A stretch of DNA of 44,832 nt from a phage: the sequence record PX055572.1; one strand, written 5' to 3'. The notes under the pieces are model-generated. The model made no database searches and was not told the DNA's origin. It worked only from the letters and a program-made list of their open reading frames with translations. The position numbers and the translations under genes were made by a program. Below are positions 1-8,882 of the stretch, piece after piece; positions within the stretch are counted from its first letter, which is position 1; every line of letters begins with the position of its first letter.

Positions 1-561
1 ATGCAAGGGGATTCTATGAAGCTGAAACTTAAGCAGCCATCGCCAGAGGTGGTGCAAGCTGCACATGAAGAAGCTGTTAGCGCAAACCGTCGCCGTAAAC
101 GACCGCGCGGTAAACAGAGCCTTTATCAATCATCCCGTAATTCTGCGGCATTGTGGGACCCGGACTACTGTGACGCGTTAATCGAGTTCTTCGACCGCAC
201 GTCGTGGGGGCTTGTGCCAACGTCTAAGGGTGATGAACGCCCACTGATTCAGGATAAGCCGCCGTCACTGGCCCGCTTCGCCTTACACATCGGCGTCACT
301 ATCCCTATTATTAAGCTTTGGCTGCGTGAGATTCCCGCATTTGCAGAAGCCTGGGAGACAGCACAGGCGCTGGAAGAGGCATACTTCACTGAGACAGGGG
401 CTGCGGGCATCTCGGCTACGTTTGCCGCGGCTAAACTGGGCCTCAGCAAAGAGAAACCGGTTGCATCCACCGAAGAACCAGCACCGACTGAGATTGTTTT
501 CAGTGTTGCGGAGCCTGTAGGTAAAATCGTAACAACGAACATGGGTGAGGTAGAGGAATGA
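1..561 (+). CDS. Terminase small subunit (possibly 5'-truncated at window edge; alternative start ATG 16)
   Basis: 186-aa ORF immediately upstream of, and overlapping by 4 nt, the Walker-A ATPase terminase gene; basic N-terminus (RRRKRPRGK) and helix-rich DNA-binding-like core; position only, no search run. Confidence 0.55.
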   Translation: MQGDSMKLKLKQPSPEVVQAAHEEAVSANRRRKRPRGKQSLYQSSRNSAALWDPDYCDALIEFFDRTSWGLVPTSKGDERPLIQDKPPSLARFALHIGVTIPIIKLWLREIPAFAEAWETAQALEEAYFTETGAAGISATFAAAKLGLSKEKPVASTEEPAPTEIVFSVAEPVGKIVTTNMGEVEE

Positions 562-1808
562 GTATTCAGCTATCCGCACCACAGGCACTGTTCCTGAATT
601 GCGATAACAAATACAAGGCCTATGTCGGAGGCTTCGGTAGCGGCAAGACATTTGTCGGCTGTCTCGACCTGCTTACGTTCATGCTCCGGAACCCGGGTAC
701 CCGCCTGGGCTACTTCGGCCCCACCTACCCGGCTATCCGCGACATCTTCTACCCGACATTCGAGGAAGCGGCTAACCTCCTCGGCCTCGATGTGCTGGTT
801 AAATCTGGCGACAAAGAAGTCGTGGTCACTCGCGGTAAGACGGTGCTCGGAACTGTTATCTGCCGCTCGATGGATAACCCCGGCTCGATAGTCGGCTTCA
901 AAATCGCGGCTGCGGTCGTGGATGAGCTGGACGTATTGAGCCGTGAGAAAGCCGAGCTGGCGTGGAACAAAATCGTAGCCCGCATGCGTCTGGTTATCCC
1001 GGGGGTAATTAACCACATCTCCGTCACCACGACTCCGGAAGGGTTCAAGTTCGTTTACGCCAAGTTCAAGGAGAACCCGACGCCGAGTTACTCAATGGTG
1101 CAGGCGTCCACTCACGAGAACGCCAGATTCCTGCCGCCGGATTACATTAGCTCGCTGACTGAGACTTACCCGGCGCAACTGATTAACGCGTATCTGAACG
1201 GTGAGTTTGTCAACCTGACATCCGGAAGCGTGTATTACGCATACGACCGACGCAAGCACCGCAGCAAAGAGACAATTCAACCGGGCGACACGCTGTACAT
1301 CGGGCAGGACTTCAACGTTACGAAGAACGCCAGCGCCGTGTATGTGCAGCGTAAAGATGGATGGCACGCGGTTGCAGAACTGAAGGGCCTGTTCGATACG
1401 CCGGACACCGTGCGCGTAATTACCGAGAAGTGGAAGTCACAAGGCCACCGCATCGTCGTTTACCCCGACGCTAGCGGCAAGAACCGTAAGACAAACTCGG
1501 CGTCAATCTCTGATATTGCATTACTCCAGCAGGCGGGTTTCGATGTTCGCGCTAAATCAGCCAACCCCCCGGTTAAAGACCGCGTTTTAGCCGTGAACAC
1601 CGCGCTGGAAAAAGGTAAGCTGTGGGTTAATGACCACTTATGTCCTGAGATAGCCAAGACGCTGGAACAGCAGGCATACGACGATAACGGAGAGCCGGCT
1701 AAAGACGGCATCATTGACCATATGGCTGATGCTCTCGGCTATCCTGTAGTTTATGAGATGCCGGTGGTTAAACCAGTAATCAACATCCCGGTGACTTTCG
1801 CACTTTAA
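558..1808 (+). CDS. Terminase large subunit (ATPase/nuclease)
   Basis: Walker A GGFGSGKT near N-terminus, Walker B-like VVDELD, 416 aa, followed directly by portal-sized ORF. Confidence 0.8.
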   Translation: MSIQLSAPQALFLNCDNKYKAYVGGFGSGKTFVGCLDLLTFMLRNPGTRLGYFGPTYPAIRDIFYPTFEEAANLLGLDVLVKSGDKEVVVTRGKTVLGTVICRSMDNPGSIVGFKIAAAVVDELDVLSREKAELAWNKIVARMRLVIPGVINHISVTTTPEGFKFVYAKFKENPTPSYSMVQASTHENARFLPPDYISSLTETYPAQLINAYLNGEFVNLTSGSVYYAYDRRKHRSKETIQPGDTLYIGQDFNVTKNASAVYVQRKDGWHAVAELKGLFDTPDTVRVITEKWKSQGHRIVVYPDASGKNRKTNSASISDIALLQQAGFDVRAKSANPPVKDRVLAVNTALEKGKLWVNDHLCPEIAKTLEQQAYDDNGEPAKDGIIDHMADALGYPVVYEMPVVKPVINIPVTFAL

Positions 1809-1820
1809 GAGGATTATTAA

Positions 1821-3290
1821 ATGTTAACTATGAACGGTCAGAATCAGGGTGTTAAGACAAAACACCGGGAATGGCTGCATCACTTCGATAAATGGCAGAA
1901 GGTACGCCACGCGCTGGAAGGCGACCTTATTCGCTATCTGCGCAACGTCGGGAAGAACGAACCTGACCCGACCTACGCAGCCCAGCGCCAGGAAGAATAC
2001 GAGAACGGTGCTATCTGTTACAACTTCACTAAACGTACCCTGGCGGGGATGACGGGGTCAGTGATGCGCAAAGACCCTGAGCAGATTATCCCGCCTGAAC
2101 TTGAGTACCTGTTGCACAACGCTGACGGTTCGGGTGTAGGGCTGTGGCAGCACGCGCAGGATACGTTAATGGAGATTGACTCGATAGGACGCGGTGGGTT
2201 GCTGGTGGATGCCCCGGAAACAGCCGCAGCAACGGCGGCAGAGCAGAACGCGGGATTATTAAACCCGGTAATCGCATTCTATACCGCGGAGAACATTATC
2301 AACTGGAGACTCACCCGCATCGGTTCAGTGAACCGCGTGACGATGGTTGTATTGCGTGAGGCATGGGAATACTCGGAACCAGGCGCTGAGTTTGAAACAA
2401 AATTCGGCGAGCAATACCGCGTCCTTGACCTGATTGACGGTCGCTACCGCCAGCGCATCTACCGCTTCGATGCCGAAGGTGGCGCACAGGATGAAGTAAT
2501 CGAAATCTTCCCGGAACTCGGCGAACAGTTGCGCGGTAAAATCCCGTTCACGTTCATTGGCGCAAGCAACAACGACGCCACTATAGACGATGCGCCTTTA
2601 CTGCCGTTAGCTGAGCTAAATATAGGACACTTCAGAAATTCGGCCGATGTGGAAGAGGCCAGCTTTATAGTAGGTCAACCGACACTGTTCATTGCCCCCG
2701 GCGAGAACATGAGCATGGAGCAGTGGAAAGAAGCCAACCCACACGGCATACGCATGGGGTCGCGTTCAGGCCACAACATCGGCTCCGGCGGAAATGCGTT
2801 TCTGGTTCAGGCGGCGGAAACTAACCTCGCCAAACAGAATATGCTGGATAAAGAGAATCAGGCCATCCAGATTGGCGCGCAGCTTATCACCCCGACGCAG
2901 CAAATCACCGCGGAATCGGCCCGCCTGCAACGCGGCGCCGACACGTCAGTCATGGCAACAATAGCACGTAATGTAAGCATGGCGTATACCGATGCGTTGC
3001 GCTGGGTTGCGGGTATGCTTGGGCTTAGTGAAGATACTGAGATTGAGTTCAAGCTGAATATGGAATTCTTCCTGCAACCTATGACAGCTCAGGACCGCGC
3101 TCAGTGGATGGCGGATATTAACGCTGGCCTGCTACCCGCCACCGCTTACTATGCTGCGTTGCGCAAGGCAGGTGTGACTGACTGGACAGATGAGGACATT
3201 CAGAACGCTATTGAAGACGCACCTCTGCCGTTGGGTTCTGTTGCTCAGGTAGCGGGAGAGATTCCGCAGTCGGCGCAGCAACAGGAGTAA
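1821..3290 (+). CDS. Portal protein
   Basis: 489-aa ORF directly after terminase large subunit with SD aagagga 8 nt upstream; gene order and size. Confidence 0.7.
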   Translation: MLTMNGQNQGVKTKHREWLHHFDKWQKVRHALEGDLIRYLRNVGKNEPDPTYAAQRQEEYENGAICYNFTKRTLAGMTGSVMRKDPEQIIPPELEYLLHNADGSGVGLWQHAQDTLMEIDSIGRGGLLVDAPETAAATAAEQNAGLLNPVIAFYTAENIINWRLTRIGSVNRVTMVVLREAWEYSEPGAEFETKFGEQYRVLDLIDGRYRQRIYRFDAEGGAQDEVIEIFPELGEQLRGKIPFTFIGASNNDATIDDAPLLPLAELNIGHFRNSADVEEASFIVGQPTLFIAPGENMSMEQWKEANPHGIRMGSRSGHNIGSGGNAFLVQAAETNLAKQNMLDKENQAIQIGAQLITPTQQITAESARLQRGADTSVMATIARNVSMAYTDALRWVAGMLGLSEDTEIEFKLNMEFFLQPMTAQDRAQWMADINAGLLPATAYYAALRKAGVTDWTDEDIQNAIEDAPLPLGSVAQVAGEIPQSAQQQE

Positions 3291-3296
3291 ATAGAA

Positions 3297-3322
3297 AGGC
3301 CCCGCTAGGGGCCTTAGTTTTA
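3297..3322. terminator. Bidirectional intrinsic terminator (portal / KilA-N convergent)
   Basis: AGGCCCC-gcta-GGGGCCT flanked by T-rich on + and - strands. Confidence 0.6.
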
Positions 3323-3973
3323 ACGTATATTAGCCGCACATTTACGCACAACCCGAGGTATCGCCTCTTTCAGTTCACCCCATGTATTAACGGCCTCCAT
3401 GTCAAGAAGCGTCACCAGAGCTTTCTGGATGTCACTTCGCAACTGATTGGTCTTCGCATCCTGAGAGTCCCATGTATCGAAACCCGTTACGTCGCGGATA
3501 TCTACGGATTCCTTTACCGCTTTAGCCACCTGTATGAAGTGTCCACTGTGGCCAATTCTTCCCTCCGTGCGCTCGATCATTCGACTAACGGCAGCGTTAA
3601 GCTCGACAAAGCTCACCGCGCCAATGTTTCGTAGTTCTACCTGCCGTTGTGTGATAAAGCGGTCGATAACGAGGAAATGGAAATAGGCGCTGTATTGCTC
3701 AGCAATATATACTGCCAGATGGAGACATGCAAAGGTGCGACCGTTTCGGCCTTTCGTCGCCCTTATGGCATTCTCGATTCCGAGTTGTTTTTCGCATTCC
3801 TCCTTGAAAATCTTGAAGCCATCCGTTGCCATGACCTGGCGAAGCTCTCTGGTCCCCATGCCGTTGTCTAAACGCCAACGGTTCATCTGGTCAACCAGCT
3901 CGTTTACGTTAATAAAGTTTTCACGGTCAAAAGTGATTTCTCCATAAGGGAACTCTAATGTTTGCAGTTTCAT
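3320..3973 (-). CDS. KilA-N domain protein (moron-like insert in head module)
   Basis: Reverse-strand 217-aa ORF between portal and head-morphogenesis genes; central segment GRTFACLHLAVYIAEQYSAYFHFLVI resembles KilA-N/APSES core (from memory); SD AGGAGA; own promoter with palindromic operator. Confidence 0.5.
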   Translation of the reverse strand: MKLQTLEFPYGEITFDRENFINVNELVDQMNRWRLDNGMGTRELRQVMATDGFKIFKEECEKQLGIENAIRATKGRNGRTFACLHLAVYIAEQYSAYFHFLVIDRFITQRQVELRNIGAVSFVELNAAVSRMIERTEGRIGHSGHFIQVAKAVKESVDIRDVTGFDTWDSQDAKTNQLRSDIQKALVTLLDMEAVNTWGELKEAIPRVVRKCAANIR

Positions 3974-4000
3974 GTGTATTTCTCCTGTTTAAGTGTACGT

Positions 4001-4034
4001 TTAAATTCTACATTTGAATGTAGAATTTAATCAA
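4001..4034 (-). promoter_or_regulatory. Promoter TTGATT-N18-TAGAAT for KilA-N gene, overlapped by 14-bp inverted repeat operator
   Basis: + strand 4001-4030 TTAAATTCTACATT-tg-AATGTAGAATTTAA is a perfect 14-bp inverted repeat; -35 (rev) 4029-4034, -10 (rev) 4005-4010. Confidence 0.5.
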
Positions 4035-4115
4035 GCTCTTTTTAACCTTAAATGCGTATGATTATGCCAATACGTTACCGACTGATATGATTGTCATATC
4101 GAAACAGGAGGGTAT

Positions 4116-5159
4116 ATGAGCTTACTGACATCACTAATCAGCCACCAGATTTGGCTGCAACGCACCGCATCTGGTGAAGTGAAAGACCTAGCACCGTTCA
4201 TTCAGGAGATGCGGGACGAAATAAAACGGCAGGTGCTGTTATTCGGTGACGACGGGCGAAGCACTGCCCGACTGAATAAATTGTTACGCGACCTCGAAGA
4301 AGCGCTAACTGGACTTACAGGTGACTGGCAAACAAAGCTGACAGAAGACCTTAAGGAACTGGCGGCGTATGAGGCTGAGTGGAACGTAAAGACACTGACC
4401 GCCAACGTAAACGCGGAATTTGTTACGCCTACCGCTGAACAGGTGTGGGCCGCCGCCGAGTTTCAACCCTTATCGTTGAGCGACAAGCCTGTTGACTTCA
4501 CTAAGCTGATGTCAGGTTGGGGTGAAGCGGAGGTGGCGCGCCTGGTCACCGGCGTTAAGATGGGCTTTGTTCAGGGCAAGACAACACGGCAGATTGTTAA
4601 GAATGTTGTTGGCGCTGGTGGACTAGCCGACATCTCAGAACGTAACGCGACTACGGTAATCCGCACCGCGCTGTCCCACGTATCCAACGAGGCCCGTAAC
4701 GAGACGTACCGCCAGAACGACGACATCATCGAGAAATATGAGTGGGTGTCAACTTTGGACAGCCGTACCAGCGCTATTTGCAGGGCCAGAGACGGAATGA
4801 CGTGGGAAATCGGTAAAGGGCCGACACCCCCAGCCCATCCGAATTGTCGGTCGTGCACGGCTCCGGTAATCAGTTCAGAGTTCGACTTCCTCGATAAAGG
4901 CGCAAAACGGGCGGCTAAGGGCGCTGACGGCGGCACTCAGGTAAGCGCGGACACAACATATTACGAGTTCCTGAAACAACAACCAGCATGGTTTCAGGAC
5001 CAGGCGCTCGGTCCTGTTCGTGGTAAGATTTTCCGTAACAGCGGTATATCGCCGGAAGAGTTTCGCGTAAAATCTGTAGATGGTTTCGGGAATCCGCTCA
5101 CGCTTAAGCAGATGGCGGAACTCGATAAACGTGTTGCTGATTATCTGAAAGGGGATTAA
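4116..5159 (+). CDS. Head morphogenesis / minor head protein (Mu gpF / SPP1 gp7-like)
   Basis: 347 aa, SD caggaggg; C-terminal HPNCRSC motif typical of Mu F-like head morphogenesis proteins (from memory); position after portal. Confidence 0.65.
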   Translation: MSLLTSLISHQIWLQRTASGEVKDLAPFIQEMRDEIKRQVLLFGDDGRSTARLNKLLRDLEEALTGLTGDWQTKLTEDLKELAAYEAEWNVKTLTANVNAEFVTPTAEQVWAAAEFQPLSLSDKPVDFTKLMSGWGEAEVARLVTGVKMGFVQGKTTRQIVKNVVGAGGLADISERNATTVIRTALSHVSNEARNETYRQNDDIIEKYEWVSTLDSRTSAICRARDGMTWEIGKGPTPPAHPNCRSCTAPVISSEFDFLDKGAKRAAKGADGGTQVSADTTYYEFLKQQPAWFQDQALGPVRGKIFRNSGISPEEFRVKSVDGFGNPLTLKQMAELDKRVADYLKGD

Positions 5160-5161
5160 CG

Positions 5162-5620
5162 ATGGGCTTTTTCAAAGTAACTGATGTACCGTCGCGCCGC
5201 GTAGTCCAGTACGCCCGAGTGTCTGGCTCTGGCGAGAACGTGGTGTTTATTGGAGATGAAAGTGTACTCGGTACACCAGTAGACGATATGCCGTTTGCGG
5301 ATAAGACTGGCATCGCACTTCCTGCGGCGGGCATGCTTTACGAGATTCCGTATCTGGCTGATGCTGGCGACGTGTATTTCTCTGCGCAACCGCAGGACGC
5401 TGAACTGGCGGGCGGCAGCGCAACCATCACTGTCGAGGTTAAGGCAGGCAAAGCGCCGTATTCTCTGACCTGGTACAAAGACGGTAAGGAAGTGGTGAAT
5501 GCGCCTGAGGAGGCTCTGTCTCTGACGGTTAATGCGGTCGGCGAATACTTCGTTAAAGTTACTGATGCCGATGGAGTAGAGGCGGTAAGCAAAGCGGCGA
5601 AGGTTACTAAGCCAGAATGA
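5162..5620 (+). CDS. Ig-like domain protein (putative capsid decoration)
   Basis: C-terminal ATITVEVKAGKAPYSLTWYKDG...GEYFVKVTD matches Ig-like fold pattern and is paralogous to ORF 8929..9270; followed by intrinsic terminator. Confidence 0.5.
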   Translation: MGFFKVTDVPSRRVVQYARVSGSGENVVFIGDESVLGTPVDDMPFADKTGIALPAAGMLYEIPYLADAGDVYFSAQPQDAELAGGSATITVEVKAGKAPYSLTWYKDGKEVVNAPEEALSLTVNAVGEYFVKVTDADGVEAVSKAAKVTKPE

Positions 5621-5623
5621 TAA

Positions 5624-5652
5624 AAAGCCCCGCTATGGGGCTTTATTTTTAT
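5624..5652 (+). terminator. Intrinsic terminator after Ig-like gene
   Basis: AAAGCCCC-gctat-GGGGCTTT then ATTTTTAT. Confidence 0.65.
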
Positions 5653-5716
5653 ATGAACATCGCGGTGATAGCCGCAGCCGATACCCACAAAACAAAATAA
5701 AACATCACACTATTTG

Positions 5717-6061
5717 TCATTTGCATTTCTCGTCGTATGTTTGTTGTAACTGCGACAGACGATTACCGGCTGTCATCTCGTCCATAGAAGGCCCAGCGCC
5801 TGTGTCCATAAAGAACAGCGGAACAATCAGGAATGCGCCTGTAACACCGAGTACAACGTTAGTACCTATTTGCTTATTAACACGGTGCGTAGCGTTGGCT
5901 TGAGCTTGTTTTGTCGTGGCGATTCTCGATAGTAACTGATTACATGTTGCCGTTGTATCCCCCGCCTGATAAACCTGTAAAGCTGGGTCTGGCAACGACC
6001 TTACGCAACCACTCAAACAAACGGCTACAACACCCGCTACTGCTAATTTAATATATTTCAT
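5717..6061 (-). CDS. Lipoprotein (candidate superinfection-exclusion / receptor-blocking)
   Basis: Signal peptide MKYIKLAVAGVVAVCLSGC with lipobox LSGC; reverse-strand insert in structural module; translationally coupled to upstream small peptide. Confidence 0.55.
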   Translation of the reverse strand: MKYIKLAVAGVVAVCLSGCVRSLPDPALQVYQAGDTTATCNQLLSRIATTKQAQANATHRVNKQIGTNVVLGVTGAFLIVPLFFMDTGAGPSMDEMTAGNRLSQLQQTYDEKCK

Positions 6062-6159
6062 AGTTCACCATTACCCGTGTCAATTTCACCAATACCACTA
6101 CAAGCCCAAAGAAACATCACCGCATCAACTGCAATTACTACTGAAATAACGACTAACAT
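6058..6159 (-). CDS. Small hydrophobic peptide (33 aa)
   Basis: MLVVISVVIAVDAVMFLWACSGIGEIDTGNGEL; strong SD GAGGAGG 6 nt upstream; stop overlaps lipoprotein start (ATGA); downstream of promoter G. Confidence 0.35.
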   Translation of the reverse strand: MLVVISVVIAVDAVMFLWACSGIGEIDTGNGEL

Positions 6160-6186
6160 GACGGCCTCCTCGTTTCGATGTAATGA

Positions 6187-6215
6187 ATAGTACCCTATTA
6201 TATTGGTGTGTGCAA
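6187..6215 (-). promoter_or_regulatory. Promoter G: TTGCAC-N17-TACTAT with AATAG-N4-CTATT palindrome
   Basis: As transcribed: TTGCAC ACACCAATATAATAGGG TACTAT; ~28 nt upstream of small peptide/lipoprotein operon. Confidence 0.55.
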
Positions 6216-6488
6216 ACTATTTATTTACGTATTCCAGTTATTCCACCGAATTGTAAATGTTGGAATAAACTATTCGAATAGTTGACTTTTCACTGAAAAT
6301 ATGCTAAGCTCCACCTGAGCTTGTGAAGTATGAACAAGCGACCGCGGCGCGGGCAGGTAACGGAGCGGGACGTAAGTCCTGAGTGTAGTTACGCTGACGC
6401 GTTCGGAAGGGCCATACTCTATTGCTTGTGTAAAAAGTAACTGGTTTACTGAGATTACGCCGTTTCTATGTTTAAATGATAAGGACTA

Positions 6489-6520
6489 GCGCCCCGCTTT
6501 ATGGCGGGGCTTTACTTATC
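6489..6520 (+). terminator. Hairpin terminator/attenuator immediately upstream of Rz
   Basis: GCCCCGC-tttatg-GCGGGGC followed by TTTACTTAT; ends 16 nt before Rz ATG. Confidence 0.45.
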
Positions 6521-6535
6521 GAGAAAGGGGGAAAC

Positions 6536-6922
6536 ATGAATCTTAAAGCAACCGTCGTAGCAGGAGCATGTTTCATCATCCTGGCTTACACACACGGCAT
6601 TTATCAGTACCGCAGCGGCTGGAGCGAAGGCCGGGCGAATCTCGTTTCGCAGCAACAGCAGAAAGTACAGGCTGAGTTAGCGAAGAAAACACAACGGCAG
6701 CAGCAGGACGAATCAAAGGCCGCCGCCGCTGACAACGAAGGCAAGACGAAATCAGAGGTGATTACCCGTGAAGTCGTTAAGTACATTAAAACGCCTGGTC
6801 GCAGCGTGTGCACTTTCGACGATGCTCGCGTCCTGCTCAAGTCCCACGCCGTCGCAAACGCTAATTCCATTACCGGATACGACGATGATGCAGCCTCCGT
6901 GCAAACTGGCAGCTCCAAGTAG
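6536..6922 (+). CDS. Rz: i-spanin (Rz-like)
   Basis: N-terminal TM helix ATVVAGACFIILAYTHGIY followed by Q/K/E-rich coiled-coil; SD aagggggaa; contains out-of-frame lipoprotein ORF (Rz1) at its 3' end. Confidence 0.6.
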   Translation: MNLKATVVAGACFIILAYTHGIYQYRSGWSEGRANLVSQQQQKVQAELAKKTQRQQQDESKAAAADNEGKTKSEVITREVVKYIKTPGRSVCTFDDARVLLKSHAVANANSITGYDDDAASVQTGSSK

Positions 6923-7031
6923 CGACGCTGACGAGGATTTAGCTATCGACGTTCAGAACGCCGAATGCGTGCGGCAACTGCGTCTGAAAGTATTCCAGTT
7001 GCAGGATTATGTGAGGAATATTCTGGAATAG
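6768..7031 (+). CDS. Rz1: o-spanin (Rz1-like outer-membrane lipoprotein), GTG start
   Basis: GTG start with SD AGAGG 7 nt upstream; signal peptide with lipobox LASC; Pro-rich mature N-terminus CSSPTPSQTLIPLP; overlaps 3' end of Rz in a different frame and extends 109 nt beyond. Confidence 0.6.
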   Translation: MKSLSTLKRLVAACALSTMLASCSSPTPSQTLIPLPDTTMMQPPCKLAAPSSDADEDLAIDVQNAECVRQLRLKVFQLQDYVRNILE

Positions 7032-7113
7032 TTGCCTTGCATGTTGGAATAATTTATTCTTGACATGTAAATCCGGGTGGCCCGGGTTCCAACGTCCAGG
7101 GGACATACTGACT

Positions 7114-7815
7114 ATGAATCGTTTTTTACGTTATCCGTTCCAGGAAGAAGCTGGGGCAGAAGATAAAGCTGGTGGCGGTGACGCGCCGAAAATGTTCACC
7201 GCTGAAGAAGTTCAGGCGCTGATTGAGAAAGAAGTTGCCGGGCTTAAGGCTAATCAGGAAGCATTGTTGGCGGAGAAGAAAGAAGCCGCTCGCAAAGCAA
7301 AAGAGGCCGAAGAAGAACGGCAGCGCGCGCACCAGGAGGCGTTAAAAGCCGCTGGTAAGATGGATGAGTTCGAAAAGACGATTCGTAGCCAGTATGACCC
7401 GGTGTTAGCCGAGAAAGACGGTCGCATCTCCAGAATGGCAGAGCGTATCCTCGGCAGCGAACGTAAAGCGGTGCTAGGCTCTTTCGCGGGTGACTTTATT
7501 ACCCCAGAAGCAGTGGACATTCTTGCGCCGTTCGTTAAGACTGAGTTCGAAGGCGATGATGTGGTTACTAAGTTTGTTGGTGCAGACGGTAACGTAATCA
7601 CGACTGACCCGGAACAGTTCCGCAAATACCTGCGCGAACACAAGGCGTTTTCGCATTTGATCAAAGCAAATGCAGCTTCCGGCGGCGGGGCTTCCGGTAG
7701 CAAAGGCGGCGGGGCCGCACCAGCGTTTAAAGACATGAGTGAAGCAGAGCGTTTAGCCCTGTATAAATCGAACCCTGCCGAATTTGAACGGCAACTTAAA
7801 GCCCTGAGGAAATAA
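7114..7815 (+). CDS. Scaffolding protein
   Basis: Ala/Glu/Lys-rich helical protein (EKKEAARKAKEAEEERQRAHQEALKAAG) immediately upstream of major capsid gene; first ATG in ORF. Confidence 0.6.
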   Translation: MNRFLRYPFQEEAGAEDKAGGGDAPKMFTAEEVQALIEKEVAGLKANQEALLAEKKEAARKAKEAEEERQRAHQEALKAAGKMDEFEKTIRSQYDPVLAEKDGRISRMAERILGSERKAVLGSFAGDFITPEAVDILAPFVKTEFEGDDVVTKFVGADGNVITTDPEQFRKYLREHKAFSHLIKANAASGGGASGSKGGGAAPAFKDMSEAERLALYKSNPAEFERQLKALRK

Positions 7816-7817
7816 TA

Positions 7818-8867
7818 ATGGCAATTACCACTATCGGCGATATCGTAACTGGCAACATCCCGGTCCTGGCGTCTTATATGACCGAGGACCCGGTAGAAAA
7901 AACCGCGTTCTTCCAGTCTGGTATTCTGACCCCGACCCCGTACGCTGCCGAGATTGCCCGCGGCCCGTCCAACGTCGCTAATATTCCGTTCTGGAAAGCG
8001 ATTGATACCTCTATCGAGCCTAACTACTCGAACGATGTATACCAGGACATCGCCACCCCGCGTAACGTGCAGACCGGTGAGATGATGGCCCGCGTTGCAT
8101 ACCTGAACGAAGGTTTCGGTCAGGCGGATTTGACTGTCGAACTGACCAGCCAGAACCCGCTGCAATCCGTAGCGTCCCGTCTGGATAACTTCTGGCAGCG
8201 CCAGGCACAACGCCGTCTGATTGCTACCGCGCTCGGTCTGTACAACGACAACGTAGCTGCTACCGATGCTTACCACGAGCAGAACGACATGGTTATCGAC
8301 GTGTCTGCTACTCTGGGCTTCGATGCGGGCGCGTTCATCGACGCTACCCAGACTATGGGTGATGCGCTGATGGGCAACGGCGGTGAAGTGCTAGGCGCTA
8401 TCGCGATGCATAGCTTCGTTTATGCGCAGGCCCGTAAGCAGCAGCTTATTGACTTCATCAAAGACGCTGACAACAACACCCTGTTCGCCACCTACCAGGG
8501 CTACCGCGTGATTGTTGACGACAGCATGACCGTAGTCGGCACTGGCCCGACCCGTAAGTTCATCTCCATCATCTTCGGCAACGGCGCTATCGGTTACGGT
8601 GAAGGTTCTCCGTCCAACCCGCTGGAATACGAGCGCGAAGCGTCTCGCGGTAACGGTGGTGGTGTAGAAACCCTGTGGACCCGTAAGACCTGGTTGCTGC
8701 ATCCGTTTGGCTACAGCTTCACCAGCGCGGTAATCACCGGTAACGGCACCGAGACTGTTGCACGCTCTGCTTCCTGGCAGGACCTGGCGAATGCCTCCAA
8801 CTGGAACCGTGTGGTTGAGCGCAAGCATGTGCCGATTGCCTTCCTGGTAACTGGTGTCGGGTCTTAA
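7818..8867 (+). CDS. Major capsid protein
   Basis: 349 aa directly after scaffold gene with SD GAGGAAA; followed by hairpin terminator; size and position. Confidence 0.7.
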   Translation: MAITTIGDIVTGNIPVLASYMTEDPVEKTAFFQSGILTPTPYAAEIARGPSNVANIPFWKAIDTSIEPNYSNDVYQDIATPRNVQTGEMMARVAYLNEGFGQADLTVELTSQNPLQSVASRLDNFWQRQAQRRLIATALGLYNDNVAATDAYHEQNDMVIDVSATLGFDAGAFIDATQTMGDALMGNGGEVLGAIAMHSFVYAQARKQQLIDFIKDADNNTLFATYQGYRVIVDDSMTVVGTGPTRKFISIIFGNGAIGYGEGSPSNPLEYEREASRGNGGGVETLWTRKTWLLHPFGYSFTSAVITGNGTETVARSASWQDLANASNWNRVVERKHVPIAFLVTGVGS

Positions 8868-8882
8868 GGTTAAGCTATAATC

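Noticed and set aside
6310-6480. Possible tRNA in the ORF-free region upstream of Rz (GTTCGGAAGGGCC resembles a T-arm)
   Set aside because: No acceptor stem pairing, no D-arm or anticodon arm of correct geometry, and no CCA-proximal complementarity could be built by eye.
7254-8276. 340-aa reverse-strand ORF overlapping the scaffold and major capsid genes
   Set aside because: Antisense to two well-supported structural genes, Arg/Ser/Ala-rich low-complexity translation, no SD or promoter; typical shadow ORF of a GC-rich coding strand.
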